Positions 36,608-50,100 of a stretch of DNA of 64,000 bases are shown here, piece after piece; within the stretch, counting starts at the first letter, position 1; every line of letters begins with the position of its first letter. The position numbers and the translations under genes are program-made. The stretch is taken from assembly GCA_015680685.1 (NCBI GenBank), contig MNCI01000520.1:789731-853730 (forward strand). The letters are read 5' to 3'. The notes beneath the pieces are model-generated. The model was not told the DNA's origin, did no database searches, and was given only the letters and a program-made list of their open reading frames with translations. The stretch is from Gnetum montanum (lineage: Eukaryota > Plantae > Gnetophyta).

Positions 36608-39600
36608 TGTCTTCTTCTTATTCTCACAAAAGCACTTCATAGTCTAGGGACCACACAAGAGACAGTCAACGATACAACATACGTAACCCAAATCCTTTAG
36701 TTCCTCAACAGTTCCGAGTGGTGTATGCTCATCTTGATGAGTATATACCTAACTTTACTTTTATCCTCCATCAAGATGAACAACTGCATTGGAGAGACTT
36801 GGAGGGTAACATAGTGTTACCCCCAGACTGAGCAGTCCTCGACATGCTTCTTCGTGCTCTCGCACGAATAGGCATGTCACAACTATATGCAGAATACATT
36901 GCATGCAAGCATCAAGCAAGGGAGTACCATCCCATAGAAGTGCAACGACAAAGGAACTTGTGGAAGGAGAGCTACCATACATCGTTGAAGGGTAAAGGAC
37001 CCCATAACGTCCTGCATGTGCTAAGAGAAATTGGAGATAGTGAACCAGTTATAATAGGTTTCCCATCAAATGATGTTCCCCCTCCTAATAATGGTGAGGA
37101 GGTGGGGTATCAAAACCTACACTCCATGATTCATAATCATGGTTTTGATCCCCATGAACACCAAGTGTTCAATGAGGGAATACAAACATATGACAAGGGT
37201 GGGCAGTCTGATCGTCATCACGATCGAGGCCATAACCATCGAAGACAAGGTAAGAAACATTGTCATGGAGATGGTTCCCCTTCTTCTTCACCTTCATTGC
37301 CTCATTTGCCCTCTCCTTCCACATTAGGACGCAGTTACAAAGAACCCAACCATGGGGATAAGGGTAACCATAGCGAGAAACCTTGACGAGAGAGTTGAGA
37401 GCGAGGACGAGGGCAATCGAGGGAATCAAGGCATGGAAGAAGGGAAAGTAGGAGACTGCGTAGGCATCATAGATTACATGAAAGAAATGACAACGAAGAA
37501 CCTCTACTAGCAACCCAAAGTATGTTAGATATTATAGAGGTTGTGAGAATACCTATAAGGCACTAGAAAGATAGCAAGATCAAGAGACTAGACATGAATA
37601 ATATCCCACGATTTGAGGGGGGATACGATGCTGATCCACAGAATCACTTGCAGGCATTCCACGATGCCTGTTTCTTGCAAAATATTGAAAATGAGTGGCA
37701 AAAGTTAAAGTTGTTCCCAAGTACACTCATAAAGGAAGTGGAAAGCTGGTACCGGTTCTTAGAACCGAAATCCATTTGAAGGTAGTGTACGATGCTAGAA
37801 TTGTTTAACGATAAATATCAAATGTACTCTAGAGTGTCCAACTTGCAGAAAAAAATCCAAGGATGGAAGCAGTGTAATCATGAACCCTTGGATGTTGCCA
37901 TGGGCCGATATTATGCACTACTACATCATTGCCTGGGCCATGGTTATGCACAACGGGATCAACTACACCATCTCGTAGATGGCTTAGGCACAAAACTAGG
38001 AGAACCCTTGGAACATATGCCCAAGGGAGATTACCAGAGGTTAGGTCCCATGAGGTTCACAAATTTTTGGAGCAAGTAGCTAAGGAAGAAGGAGAGCCTA
38101 CATAAGAGAGAAAGTGTGGAAGAGTACAATCGCAATCCTTCACTCCAAAAAGGGAAGTGAGATTCTGTGAGGAGGAGGATGAGTCACCACTCAAAGAGTT
38201 GGTGAATAGAAAAACCTTGCCACTTCAAAAGTTAATAACTGAAGTGTCAGCTAAGGTAGATCAAATGTGGGACTCCTTAGATAGTAGATTCGAAACCATC
38301 CTTAAAATTGTAGAGGAGTCTAAGGAGGGAGGTAGTGACTATGATAAGAAAAAGAGGAGAGATTTGGACCATGCATGTAACAAAGGTAAGGGTAAAATGA
38401 CTATCACTGAAGAGGTTGTGGATTCCAATACGGACGATGAAGATGGATGTGAAATATGTCAGTATGACCATCCTAAGGGATGTTGCCTAATAATCTCACA
38501 TCTACAAGAGTCTAAGGTGTATGCACTCAACCCAAGACTTAACAAACGGCAAACACCCCGAAGGTTACCTTATCCCCAAGGTAACCTGAGACAGTTCCAC
38601 ATACAGTGACATGGGGTGCCATTGCATGTAGAGATCATGGGTTCTTTGAAGTTTAGCATTACCTACATGCAATTGGTTTGCACAAGAAATTAATATATAA
38701 AAGTTCCTGTATGTAGCAACCACACGATAGGAAGACACCCAGTGGCTAATGGCTAATCACGAAAGCAACTCGATAACATGCATGGAACTAACTAAGGGAA
38801 TAACTAGTGCTTACATTGGAAGCATAGACGCACTCAAGAAAGTTCATTACCAACTTCTAGCCCTTAAATTTGAAAACATTAATTGGGGGAGGTTGGAAAT
38901 TCCTGAGAGATTTAGACAAGAGCCCCTAGATTTAAAATCATTGCCCACCGGTCTAGAATACATGACCCTTGAAAATGGAAAACCGGTAACCATCAACATA
39001 AGGCTTGTTCCCAAGTAAAAAGAAAGACTGCTGAAAGTGATAAATAAGTGGATAACAACCTTTGCCTGGTCATACCCTGAATTAACTAGAATAGATCCTA
39101 GGATATGCTAGCATAGGATTTACATGGACCCCTCCATGAAGCCTCGAAAACAACCATAGAGACGATTGAACCCAAAATTGAAGCAAATAGTAAAGGAAGA
39201 AATAGAACAACTCCTTAAGGTTGGGTTCATATATCCCATTGTTGATAGTGAATGGGTTAGCCCTCTGGTGATCGTGCCTAAAAAGGGAGGCAAATGAAGG
39301 GTGTGTATAGATTTTAGGCTACTGAACATGACAACATTCAAGGATCACTTTCCATTGTCATTCATTGACCAAGTCTTCGATACCATAGAAGGGCATCGCT
39401 ATTATAGCTTTCTAGATGGTTATAGTGGATACAACCAAATATGAATAGCACCAGAAGATAAAGTCAAAACAACGTTCACCAGTCCTTGGGGAATGTTTGC
39501 ATATAAACAAATGCCATTTGGCTTGTGCAATGTCCTTTCCACGTTTCAACATTTAGTTCTAAGCATATTCCAACAGAAAATAGGGAATGGAGTGGAATTA

Positions 39601-41750
39601 TTTATGGATGACTTCTCTACTTATGGTACAAGATTTGATCAAGCCCTGGATCGATTAGAGCAAGTGCTAAAACAATGTGTAGAAGCTAACTTAAGGCTCA
39701 ACTAGTAGAAAAGCCATCTGATGGTTCAAGAGGACGTAGTACTTAGGCATAAGATTTCATAGTCAGGAATAGAGGTAGACCCAGAAAAAGTTAGGGTCAT
39801 CCAAGGAATCACCCAACAACCGAAAACTGTCAAAGACATTTGGTCATTCCTTGGACACACTGGCTACTATAGGAGATTCATTGAGGACTTCTCCAAGATT
39901 TCCAAACTATTGGTAGAACTAACAAAGAAGGATGCACCATTCGATTGGACTAGGGAATGTGAACAAGCATTCCAAAATCTAAAACAAAGGCTTGTGGAAA
40001 CTCCCATTCTACAAGCCCCTGATTGGTCCAGACCATTCCATATAATGACTGACACATCCAACTATGCCTTAGGAGTAGTACTTACACAGTTGGATGACCA
40101 AAAATATCGTTATTACATCCACTATGCAAGTAAGAGTATCGCCGGTGCACAACTCAACTACACAACTACAGAAAAGGAATTAATGGTTGTAGTGTTTGCA
40201 CTACACAAGTTTAGGCACTATGTATTAGGCTACAAAGTGTACATCCATATGGATCATAGTGCAATCAAGTTCCTAATGAATAAACCAATGATTAGCCCTT
40301 GTATTATACGATGGCTGGTAATCCTATAGGAGTTCAATCTAACAATGATTGATCGAAAAAGCACTGAGAATGTAGTTGCAGATCATTTATCTCAGTTGCA
40401 TTGGGATAGCAAAGAGGATAAATATGCAATATCCGATCATTTTCCTGATGAAGCCCTCTTTGTTGGTGTGGTGAATAACCAATCCATGGGAACAAATTGA
40501 TATAGTAGCATTCTCACCTATCTCGTTTCCCAACAAACACCACAGAAGCTAGACTTTAGGAAGAAACAACAGTTTCTTCATAGAGCCAAGTACTTCATGG
40601 AGATCAATGGACAACTTTATAAAGTATGTCTTGATGGCTTGGTTCAATGGTATGTGCCCGATGTGGACCAACTAAGAGTTCTCTAAGATGCTCATGAGGG
40701 CCCTTGTGGGGATCACTCTGTAGGGAGACAAACGGCTATTAAGATCCTGCTTGCAGGATATTACTGGCCAACATTATTTCAAGATGCCCATCAATTTATC
40801 CAATCCTGTGAGTGCTATCAATGTGATGGGGGAATGACTACTCGAATGGAGGATCCGCAACAATAGATTCAACCTTTGAAACCCTTCGACATTTGGGGAA
40901 TAGATTTTATGGGGTCCATTACACCGATGTCCAATGGAAAAGCTTATATCATTGTTGCTATTGAATAACTAATGAAATGGGCTAAAGTAGTTGCTATAAC
41001 AAATTTCACATCGTCTATAGTTGCACGATTTGTAGAACAACAAGTCGTAAATAGGTTTGGTGTGCCGTGTGCACTTATCTAGGATAATGGAACACACTTC
41101 ACAGGTGCAACCTTTCGAAAGTTGATGCAATGCTTAGGGGTTGAACATAAATTGACTACACCTTATCACCCCCAAGCTAATGGCCAAGCCAAGGTTACTA
41201 CTCGGGAGATTACTAAAATATTAACAAGGACAATTAGCAAATTTAGGCGAGATTGGAGCACTAAACTGAACGATGCTCTCTGGGCATACCGCTCCACTTG
41301 GAAACTCCCTACAGGCTACTCTCCCTATGAGTTAGTATACGGAAAACTTCCAAAGCTTCCAATACAAATTGAGCTCCTTACACTATCCATGACATGTGAC
41401 CTCCACCTTGACCTTTACCTAGCACAAACACAAATATTGACAACTCTAAATGTGCTAGATGAAAACTGATTGGTTGCCCTGTCATCAAATGAGTTGCACA
41501 AGGCACTAACAAGCAATGTCATGACTTAAAAATTTGAAAGGTTAAGTACCAACTAGGAGATAAGGTCCTCTATTGGAACCCCATGCATGTACCACAACGC
41601 ATGAAATTTCAAACATTATGGGAAGGGCCTTACATTATTCATACAACCTTTCCCTTAGGAGCCATGACAATATACAAGCCTAAAAGCCCTGATAGGAGAT
41701 TGATGGTCAATGTGTAACAAACCAAACCCTTCTATGAACTCAGAATAGCT
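36608..41750 (+). pseudogene. gag-pol pseudogene
   Basis: gag IPRFEG..DPQNHLQAF; knuckle CEICQYDHPKGC; LDLKSLP linker; RT FLDGYSGYNQI, MPFGLCN, FMDDF; RNase H TDTSNYALG, NYTTTEKE; INT WGIDFMG, TPYHPQANGQ, WEGPY; many stops. Confidence 0.9.
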
Positions 41751-43759
41751 AGTGCACATAATACCTCTGAGAGAGGAAGACCTCACTCGTTGTTTCGAAT
41801 CTTTCCCTTTCAACTTAGTCATGGGGGAGAAGGCCACCTATGCTAATCACTCAAGGCCCTCAGTTCCTTTTTAAGTTTTTACTTTACACATTTTTGTTTT
41901 ACACATTTTTGTTTTACAAATTTCTTTAACTCTTTCTTCTTTTTGTTTTGCAACATCGTTCAGACTATTTTATTTTATTTGTGTGTGTGTGTGTGTGTTA
42001 TCCATTTTGTTAAGTTTGTCACCTAATAAGTGCTCCTGATGATGGTGTGAACTGTATTCTATTGGTTGCTAATGTTTTGTTTTTACCTTTAAGTTATACT
42101 GTTGATACTAAGGTATGGTTCTTTTGATATCACAAGCAATGAGTCCACATCATCCACGCATCCATAAACTCTATGGTCTCTCTTGGCTTGGAACTGTATA
42201 GTCCCTTTCTTCAAAATAATAAGAACTATAAATGAATCGGTGACTAGAAATTTCTCAAACTAAGGAAGGACTCAAGGATTGAAAAGGGTGTGACTTCAAG
42301 GGGACTTGATGCATTTGTGTTGGCCATTCTCTTGGGTGCTTGGATGTTTTCTTCTTGAGTTTTCTTACTGTTTCGATGTTACCCCATTATCAGGAAGCTG
42401 AGTGAATAAAAATAAAAATAATAAGTCTTTGCATGGTGTGGTTCTCATGCAAAAAATAAAATAAAATAGTGAGAATTCAAAGCACACCCCATAGACAAAA
42501 TAATTCTCTAGGCTACAAGAACTAGTTATGAAACTAAACAAACATGTTTTCTCTAACTAAGGCCCTTCCTCACTTCCTACCTTCTCCTTTCTTGTTTTGT
42601 CGGAATGGTGGTGGCTCTTTGAGGGATGCATTCTTATTACTTCAAGTGGATTGATTGGCTGAATGTATTAATGCAAAGTCACTGGATGTGGTTTTTTTGA
42701 GGCCAGATTTGGAATGGGATCTACTAAGTCACATTAACCATTAGCACACAAGGGACTGTACATCACCTTGTTCTTGAGACTTCATTCCATTCTCTTCTTT
42801 CCATCATTATTTCTTCATTGTTCACCTCATGGCTGGTTATATCAGTAGTCTATATTTTGGTTGACACATTGTTTTCTTTTTGGTAAATTCTCATGGTTAA
42901 GACTTTAACGTTTGCTCCCAAATGACATTCAAGAGCCTACGGACTCTTTGAACGTGGGAATGTTAGGGCATTAAGGGCATGAGCTTGCTTTGGGGAGGAT
43001 CCATTGACATTCCTATTTAGTGCATTAGTTAATTTCTTTCCCTTAAACATTTTTGCAATCAATTTCTATTTTGTTCATTTCCATCTTTGACATCCATTTC
43101 ATCGATGTTACATTTGTTTCTTTTTCTCCATCTTTCTTATTCCTTATCTTTTTCCATTCTCTCGCTACCAGAGGTTTGTGATTAGTCATGGGGATCCTGG
43201 TCCAATTTTTTCAATTTTCTCCTAACCCCTACACCTTGGGTAGTCACCAGTTTTACATCTCCAGAATCTGCATTAGCCATATCACAACTCAGCCAATGGA
43301 CCTTACTCTAAGGCAAGGTATCAATTACATTGTGATTCAATTATCCTTGCTAATATAAAACTGTGTTGTGTGTGTAGATGACAATCATACAATAATGGAT
43401 TGGATATGGAGGGAATACTTGGAATGGATCGGTGCTGAAGTAGTTATGCAAGGAACAAGATTGATGGCATGCTTATAGATGGACAACGAACAAGGCATAC
43501 TTTCAGCATTAGTAGCAACAAACCTCTTCTTCCTCTTCTCTCTTCTCTCTTCTCTCTCAGTTGCCAAATAAGGCCTGATGTCAAATGTATAAAGTGTTCA
43601 CTCTTGTTGTCATGAACACTAGTTTTATCATGTTTTGTTATGATGATGCATTCACATGTCACCCCATTCGCCATTAGTATCATTCAAGTCAATAATACCA
43701 TACCTTCCCAATATTTTGCAAAGAACTCGAGGATGAGTTTTCATTCAGTCATGGGGGTA

Positions 43760-44558
43760 CGATGAGCCACGATATGGTGTACACGATATCACGTCCGCCC
43801 ACGTGATATTGCGTATGTGATATCATGTCTGGTCACCAGTTCTATAAATAAGAGGTGGCCTTTCATTTTTTCTCCATCTAGATCTAGACCCTTAGCAAAA
43901 CTCTAGTAGTTTTAGCATTCTAGAGTTAGAATAATTTCCATGTGCCTGCAGTAGGAGTCTCAAAGTGAATGGATCTTTATTCGAGAAATTTGTACCTAAG
44001 CACACATTGTGTATGGAAATAAAGACGAATTTTCTATAAACCTTGCAGCATATGGACTAAGCTAAATAGGATTTAATTACTGTTAAATGTTTAAATGCTT
44101 TCTTAGATAATTAATATCTCTCAACCCTTAACTCTCCTAGTTAGGTGCATTCAGTACGACTACTTTGAGCATGCGTGCTACACTTGGTAACCTAGTAACG
44201 AATAGCGTTTGGTAATCCCAGTAATGTTGCACTAGTTCAGGGTGTGAATGACAAGTGAGAATGGATACTGATGCTAGGACGATTAGAGCTTAGTTAGTGA
44301 AAGTTAGTTACTTAGTCTCTTCACCCTTTCCCCTCTTAGCATAGGCGATAAAAAGATAAAAGACATAAAAATCACATGCCTCAAGCTTACTTAACCATAC
44401 AACTATGACAAATACAAGTAAGCTTGGGAAGACAATGATTGATTAACCTTAAGTGTTCCATAAGGCAGGTAAGCACTTAGTCCTTGGAGTTTGACCAGAT
44501 CATGCATGTAACGCTTATATTCATATGGTTGAGTGTAGGAGTACCTCGCCACTCATCA
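43760..44558 (+). repeat. 3' LTR (family C)
   Basis: Follows PPT AGTCATGGGGGTA; direct repeat of the 5' LTR with an extra ~14-bp GATAT-motif unit. Confidence 0.93.
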
Positions 44559-45014
44559 AAAAGGTATCATAAATATGAGATGAACCATATTTATAGATAC
44601 TTATTGCAATTGTGACATCACATCTACGATATAACTTCCCAACCTACAATATTACAAATGCGATAATTTTCATCATTCCTAAGATAAGGGCTATATTGGC
44701 CTTAAGCTTTTCTACATATTAAACATTACTAAGAACCTTAAATAAGATTGTATGAGGAAGATATGAGGTTTTTAAGTTTGGAGTGTAAACTAGATAATGT
44801 TTAATTTTAGTTGCTTCTAATAAAAAATAACATAAGGTAGTTTGGCAAAGATGGTCAGTAGGGAAGAGAAAGACATTTGTCCATAGTTTGGGGGATTAAG
44901 CTACAAATAGTGCAGAGATTGAATTTTGACTTTTTAAATATATAAAAATTAAAATAAAATCATTGTACATGAACATTGTAGAGCATTAATGATGTGGAAA
45001 CATGAAAATCAAGT

Positions 45015-45535
45015 TGGATATGTGTGGCATTGGTAAGACACACTATTGCTGTGGTAGTTCATGTGACATTAGTAGGATCCACTACGAATGTGGCATGGTA
45101 GGATCCATTGTTGATGTGGCAACTGGTATAGCATCTCGAGGTGATAAAATCACTTACTGATGTGACATTAGGAAGGTGGTGGCACCATCTATTGACATGG
45201 CATTGATGTCATCATGTTGACTGCTGACATTATCTCATTGACCAACATTGACCTTTGGTCAAAGATTGACCAAACATTTAACTAGCCATAACTTTTGCTT
45301 TTGGACTTTGGATGTATATGGCATTGGTAACACATATTGTTGATGTAGCAACTAATGTAATGTTAGTAGGAACCATTGATGATGTGATGTGATAGGATTC
45401 ATTGCTGACATGACAAATAATGTGGCATCCCAAGGTGGTGGGACTATTTGTTGACATGACACAGATGTCATCATGTTAACTGCTAATGTCATCTCATTCA
45501 CTGATATTAAATTTGGTCAAAGGTTGACCAAAACT
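45015..45535. repeat. Diverged ~295-bp tandem duplication rich in TGA(C/T)(G/A)TGGCA motifs, probably TE-derived
   Basis: Both units start GGAT..TGGCATTGGTAA (45017, 45310) and end TTTGGTCAAAG.TTGACCAAA. Confidence 0.65.
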
Positions 45536-46088
45536 TTGTTTGACATGAGAGGTTAATTCTAGAATTTGACATCTAGACTTTGTTTTCTGCAAATGAGAGG
45601 TTAATTCTAAGGTTTTTTGACATGTCAAATACAATGGTGCTATCAAATTTGACTTAAGAGATCTTTTGAAGGTACTTCCAAGAGTTAGTGCTTATTTTGA
45701 TGAATATTCAAAACTTTATTCTACACCAAACACATGGCATTCTTGAATAACATTGATTACGTTGGTATCTCGATTTTCATAAGCTTATGACATCTGAAAA
45801 AAAAAATTTCCCTTTTTAGTTATAGAGAAAAAAAGTTATGGGTTGTGCTCAAATCTAATAGCACATTGATAACTTGAATCATCAAATTTGCATTTGTCAA
45901 TATCTCTTCAAGATGGGTTGTGCCATCATATAAGAGTGAACAAAGAGATCTGTGTGACCTTAATGGCATGTTGGTAGAAAATTCCAACACATATGACATA
46001 TGATGTTTCATCAATAGTAAAAGAATTTTATATAGCAATATCAAGCTATGGAAAAATACTAACATTTGTAGGAGATGTTGGAATCCAA

Positions 46089-46220
46089 AATAATTGTAAT
46101 ATAGGTACACCCTAATATATATAGTTCAATTAGAATTTATAACTTACTATTACCCACTAGAATGAAACCCATGACTTGGAGCTTTTAAATCAAGAGTCTT
46201 ACCAATAGTCTAACATCTCA
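46089..46220 (-). mobile_element. Probable tRNA-derived SINE, copy 2
   Basis: Shares ATGACTTGGAGCTTTTAAATCAAGAGTCTTACCA exactly with ~5891-5924, plus flanking similarity. Confidence 0.5.
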
Positions 46221-46369
46221 TTATTAAAATATCAATATTTGTATACAATGTCATGTCACATATTGGTCATTACTATTAATTTATCACTTAATGTTAACCT
46301 TACGTTAAGAACCTTTGTTATTAGTTATAACTTGCTTATCAATATTAGTTTTAATCTTTGATTTAACAT

Positions 46370-47070
46370 TGCTCTTATTAGATAATGAAAAATTTATCTT
46401 ATGATCTATTTATCTAAATTAACGAATACTTCTTGTACTACATGTAAAACTATTCTTAGAAGATTTAGTTTTCTTTGGTTTTTTTATTACCATTTGATCA
46501 TTCTTATCATTAACATTAACTTGATTTTTTGTATCTTTATTTTTAGATTATTTTTGCCTATCCTCAACTCAACTTGTTTTTTCTTTTTCTCAGCATATTT
46601 TCTCTTGAGCAGAAAAGAATAACATTAAACAAATGTCCTTCATAGTAATGAAAGTGACAAGAGTTAGAAAAATTATAACTTGTAATTGGTAGAGTGTAGG
46701 TTTTTTTACTTGCTTTCTATACCAAATCTTTTTTATGCTTAAGAAGATTGATTTCAACTAAAAAAATTTATGAGAAAAAAATGATATGGAAATAGATTTT
46801 GCATGCTTAATGAGATTGAAAAGACTAATAATTTGTTGCTCACCTTTTTGAAAAATCTACTGAATATTAAATAGCTCAATAAAACATTGAACTTTAGAAT
46901 GTTCTTTAGATTAGAAATCAAAATATGGTGTTCACTAATGAATGATTAATACTTTAGACTTATGTATAGATGAACCTATATTTATGATATGTTGCATCAT
47001 CGAAGAATTAAATAGTTCAACAAGTCCAAGAAAATGAAAATAGTACTTGGCATGAATGACTTGAATGTTA
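46370..47070 (-). mobile_element. LINE ORF1 relic
   Basis: NSCHFHYYEGHLFNV knuckle remnant; direct repeat of 52920-53600. Confidence 0.55.
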
Positions 47071-47159
47071 TGTTTTTGCATCATATCATTTAATTGTGAA
47101 GCGAAACTTCAATAACAAGGTAGGGAACCAAAAATTTGAATTAACATATATTATGGAAG

Positions 47160-50100
47160 GGGAAAAGAGGGGTGTGAAATCCCACAAATAATCTTAATAT
47201 TAAACAAAAAATATGTAGAGTACACCACATGCTTAACACTAAGTAGAAAGCACCAAAAAATAAATAGAAAGGAAAAAATTTCTAGTTTTAAGACATCAAA
47301 CCCTAAAAAATAAATATATTAAAAATAAAATTTAGAGTACGAAAGCAAAGAAGTAGAGGAGAAACTCCAAAACAACAAAAAGTAAAGGCACAATAGTTTT
47401 GGAGACGTCTTTTTAGGTTTTTATACTTACAATTAATACTAAAAAACCTCCCCTTTGTGGCAGTAAAAGAATTAGATCTTACCCTCATTTAGAAGTGCCA
47501 AAATGGGGTTTTTACTTCCTACTAAAGGTTTCTTATTAATAAAAATGAAACCTGAAGAGAGAAACATTTAGGAATTAAGTTGAAGCATCAATTTTTGAAT
47601 GACGTTACCTTGAACTAAAAATGGAAGAAAATTAGCTAGAGAATCTCTATGAAAAATCAAATTATATCAAAAGTTCCAAATGGCATAAAGAATAAGAGAA
47701 TGAAAGAAATGTCAACTATGAAGTAGAAATCCTTAAAGCTAAGGAGTTTCAGCAAACAAAACTTTATCTAATCGTAGTTGAAAATCATGTAAGTACCTGC
47801 TACACCAACTCCAAGAGGCATGGGCAAGGGGACATGTGAAAAAATAATGAATGAATGTATTTTCCATGTTATAGATAGGACATCTTGGGTCATGAACATT
47901 CAAATAAAAGTGCTAAATCCCAATATAAAATCCTTGATGAATCAAATAGCCCAAAAAATATCTAATTTTTGATGGAGTAGTGGCATTCCATATCTTATGA
48001 ATTTGCTACTTCCATAACTACATATTGTGATGAACCTTCCAAAGATAATTAAATGTTATTCAAATATTAGTATTAGCACTAATATGAGCATAGACACTCC
48101 TAGAATAATATGGAAAAACATGATGGTTATTAATCTAAGAAAAATAAGAAAATTATTATGAAGATCTTGAATAGATACACTTCTTTCCAAACTATCTAAA
48201 AGATCATAACATGTAGATTGTTTAGAAACATTAATGTCATAGATACTTTAACATTTAAATCAAGTAATCCAATGATTACACATGGGAAGAGATGAAAGGA
48301 AGGAAATGTCAAGCTTACATTATGTATTGCAAAGGCATTGATACTTAATAGCCCATGGTTCATTATTAATGGTAAGCCACCAAGGGGAAATCTTATCAAG
48401 CATAGAGGTAGAATAGTAATATTATTGAAGTTCCAAAAATCACTGATAAAAATTCAAGCCTTCCAAATGTGCTTTATGACTATAACACCTAATTTAATAA
48501 TACCTTTTGGAAAAAAATCCAATTAAAAGAATGAGTATCTTTCTAGTAATTACTACTTCTAGGCTTACCCATTTGAATGTGCTTATGAAAAAGAAGCTTC
48601 CAAGGCTCTTCACCAAAGAAGCATTTAGCCATATAGTTGAGATATAAAATAATATCCTAATTATAACAATTCACCAATTCTAATCCACCTCCATCCTTTT
48701 TGTGAGAAGTGAAAATGTCCCATGTAACATGAAAAAATCCTTTTCTAGAATGACTACTGTTCCAAAGAAAATTTCACATAAGCTAATTAATGCAATAATA
48801 TGTAGAAATACCAAGAGTCCAAGATAAAGGATGATATAGATGAGGAGCTTGAATGAGATGCTTACAACTAATAAGCTTACCAGTCAGTTAAAGCTTCTTC
48901 TACTTCTATTCAATAAGTTTTTGTTCAATTTTCTTCATTGTAATGTGTCATAAAGTTTTTGAAGATTTAGCAAAGGAAAAAGGAATACCTAACAATTTTA
49001 AAACATATAACCTTTCTAGAAAATGCCAGGATTTAAATAAAGCCCATTCTTGAACCTCCTTATTACAAAACATAAAATATTCAAACCAATTAATTTGAGA
49101 TCCCAAATGTTTGTAATATTGATCAACATGATAAAATAGACTATTTAAAATAGCTTTGTCATTTTTATCATAAAAGTAGTCTTATGAAAATTGCATATTT
49201 AATTAAGTAGGAACATTATTTTCAATTAAGATGCATTATAGCAAATTATGTTCTTGGTCATTTTATATAGCATGACATAAGAAATCTAAAGTAAGGATGA
49301 AGAGATAAGGAGAAAGAAGGAAATCTTGCCTAACTGAGTGTTCAAGCTTAAAACTATTAGTAATGTCAACATCTATAGCAACAAGTACATTAGCATCTAC
49401 AAAAAAAGTCTCCACCATATGATTAAATTATTCTTTAAAACCATTTTTGTGAAAACAAGAAATAATAAATTGCCCTTCAATTTTATCATATGCTTTAGCA
49501 TAATTAAGCTTCAAAAAAGTAATGTTTTAATTAAAATTCTCAACCCACTACATACCCTTCCAAGTTGCAAAAACATTTTCTAGAGTATATCTTCCTTTGA
49601 TAAAGCTAGTTTGCATTGGAGTAATTAACTAATAAATGATTGTTTTAATCTTTTAGTAAGATATTTAGCCAAAATTATAAATAAAATTCAAAAGAGTAAT
49701 AGGGTTTTAATTACCAATGTGGGAAAGATCAACTTCCATAGGAATAAGTTTGATGACTCCTCTATTCAACTCTTGATTAAGAGAACGTTGTTCAATGGCT
49801 TCCACAAAAACATAATAAAGGTCTATACCAACAACATCCCAATGATTTTTTAAAAATTTAATGAAAATTCCATTAAAACTTGGATCTATATCATTATCCA
49901 AGCTAAACACTACATCTTTAATACTAGTAAGAGAGATATCTTATTCAAGAAGATGGTTGTAATTGATATGAACAATATTAGGTAAATGATCACAATTAGA
50001 GAGAAAACCCTTATGATCAAAATTATTTGAAAAAAATATATGTTAGAAATGTCTTTCAAAAAAACCATTGATAATAAGAGGATCAAAAATAATTTGATTA

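Larger units (their letters stand above)
35677..44558 (+). mobile_element. Structurally complete but inactivated Athila-like Ty3/Gypsy LTR retrotransposon (8.9 kb)
   Basis: LTRs 35677-36462 and 43760-44558; TSD ACAAG/AAAAG; PBS; PPT; domain order gag-RT-RNaseH-INT. Confidence 0.93.
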
